The notes under the pieces: model-generated
Told to the model about the DNA's origin: nothing
The model's database searches: none
Seen by the model: only the letters and a program-made list of their open reading frames with translations
Position numbers and translations under genes: made by a program
In this document: positions 62,797 through 64,000 of the stretch, in pieces
Position numbering within the stretch: position 1 is the stretch's first letter
How the letters are laid out: the number at the start of each line of letters is the position of its first letter
NCBI GenBank assembly: GCA_963707025.1
Contig: CAVPOM010000018.1
Span: 64,001 to 128,000, forward strand
Origin: an uncultured Verrucomicrobiae bacterium
GTDB lineage: Bacteria > Verrucomicrobiota > Verrucomicrobiia > Limisphaerales > Palsa-1400
Reading direction: 5' to 3'
DNA: 64,000 nt

Positions 62797-63507
62797 ATGG
62801 CATTACTTGAGTTGAACAAGGTCTGCAAGACCTACCATTTGGGGGAAATGGATTTGCCGGTGCTCAAAGGCGTCACCCTGTCCATTGGCAAAGGAGAACT
62901 GGTGGCGCTGATGGGGGCCAGCGGCTCGGGCAAGAGCACGCTCATGAACATCCTGGGCTGCCTGGATCATCCGACCTCGGGGGAGTACTGGCTGGACGGC
63001 CAGGAGATCTCGGGGGCCTCGGCCAATGAACGGGCCCGCCTGCGCAACCGGCTGATCGGCTTTGTTTTCCAGAGTTTCAATTTGTTGACAAGAACATCGG
63101 CGCTGGACAATGTGGCGATGCCGCTCACCTACGGCGGCACCTATGTCCACGAGGAAGAAATGAAGGCGCGCGCCACGGAGATGCTGGACAAGGTGGGGCT
63201 GGCCGACCGGATGGACCACCAGCCTTCACAACTTTCGGGGGGACAGCAGCAGCGGGTGGCGATTGCCCGCTCGCTCATCAACCGGCCGCGCCTGCTCTTG
63301 GCCGACGAACCGACCGGCAATCTGGATTCGCGCACCAGCGAAGAGATTCTGCAAATGTTAAGAACCCTCAACGAAGAGGAAGGGCTGACCATTATCCTGG
63401 TGACGCACGACCCGCAAGTGGCGCGCCACGCCAAACGCATCATCCGCATCAGCGACGGCGTGATCGAGGGGGCGGCGGAGGCAAAAAGAGAGGAGCAACA
63501 ACCATGA
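62797..63507 (+). CDS. ABC transporter ATP-binding protein (MacB/LolD type)
   Basis: GASGSGKS, LSGGQQQR and ADEPTGNLD. Confidence 0.95.
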   Translation: MALLELNKVCKTYHLGEMDLPVLKGVTLSIGKGELVALMGASGSGKSTLMNILGCLDHPTSGEYWLDGQEISGASANERARLRNRLIGFVFQSFNLLTRTSALDNVAMPLTYGGTYVHEEEMKARATEMLDKVGLADRMDHQPSQLSGGQQQRVAIARSLINRPRLLLADEPTGNLDSRTSEEILQMLRTLNEEEGLTIILVTHDPQVARHAKRIIRISDGVIEGAAEAKREEQQP

Positions 63508-64000
63508 GAGCGTATCGCACCTTTAAAACCGCCATGCGGGCTTTGCGCCGGAACGTGATGCGGGCAGCCCTGACGACGCTGGGGATCGTCATCGGGGTGG
63601 CCGCGGTCATCGCCATGATGGAGATCGGCAACGGGTCCTCGCTGGCCATTCAACATACCATCGCCACGATGGGCGCATACAATCTGATGGTGTTTCCCGG
63701 CAACTCCCTGCTGGCCGGCATCAGCACGGGGACCGGCGGCAGCATGCGGCTCTCGCCCGGGGACGCGGACGCGATCTTGATGGATTGTCCGTCGGTGGCG
63801 GCGGCGGCGCCGGTCGTCTACGCGCGGGCGCAGGCGGTGTATAATAACCTGAACTGGCAGCCCGGCAGCCTGTGTGGAACCACTCCGTCTTTTTTGGACG
63901 TGCGGGATTGGAGCGACATGGCGGAGGGGAATCCCTTCACCGACCGGGACGTGCGCAACGCCAGCAAGGTCTGCGTGATTGGCAAGACGATTGAGAAACA
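63504..64000 (+). CDS. MacB-type ABC permease, partial (runs off the right edge)
   Basis: ATGA overlap; RALRRNVMRAALTTLGIVIGVAAVIAM. Confidence 0.92.
   Translation, partial: MRAYRTFKTAMRALRRNVMRAALTTLGIVIGVAAVIAMMEIGNGSSLAIQHTIATMGAYNLMVFPGNSLLAGISTGTGGSMRLSPGDADAILMDCPSVAAAAPVVYARAQAVYNNLNWQPGSLCGTTPSFLDVRDWSDMAEGNPFTDRDVRNASKVCVIGKTIEK

Overview
GC-rich bacterial DNA. Gene content and repeat style suggest Verrucomicrobia (Pedosphaerales-like); this is an inference. The backbone is mostly ordinary: glutaredoxin, DAHP synthase, M13 peptidase, prmC-murA, CHAD-pfk, an extended ECF sigma factor, alpha-2-macroglobulin-pbpC, GH57/DUF4912, nucleoside hydrolase, a MacAB-type exporter and three tRNAs (fMet, Ile2, His). 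Four accessory regions stand out. (1) An ~11 kb island beside tRNA-Ile2 is bracketed by 160-bp direct repeats of an integrase 5' end. It joins potassium genes (KimA/Kup-like transporter, KdpD/KdpE, no kdpFABC) to ammonium genes (two PII, AmtB), and each PII gene has a sigma54 promoter. (2) An AT-richer defence/TA hot spot carries an AbiGi-family gene that has an internal inserted domain, is split by an IS3 element, and is coupled to a UDG-family gene instead of AbiGii. (3) A split AAA-ATPase/DUF4276 pair lies at the left edge. (4) A duplicated RsbU_N-like kinase pair with a NarL-type regulator has a repeated candidate operator. Many REP-like and short-period repeats occur, one inside the pbpC reading frame. 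At least eight frameshifts are all single-base duplications and are probably sequencing/assembly errors. All family calls come from motif recognition; no database search was run.
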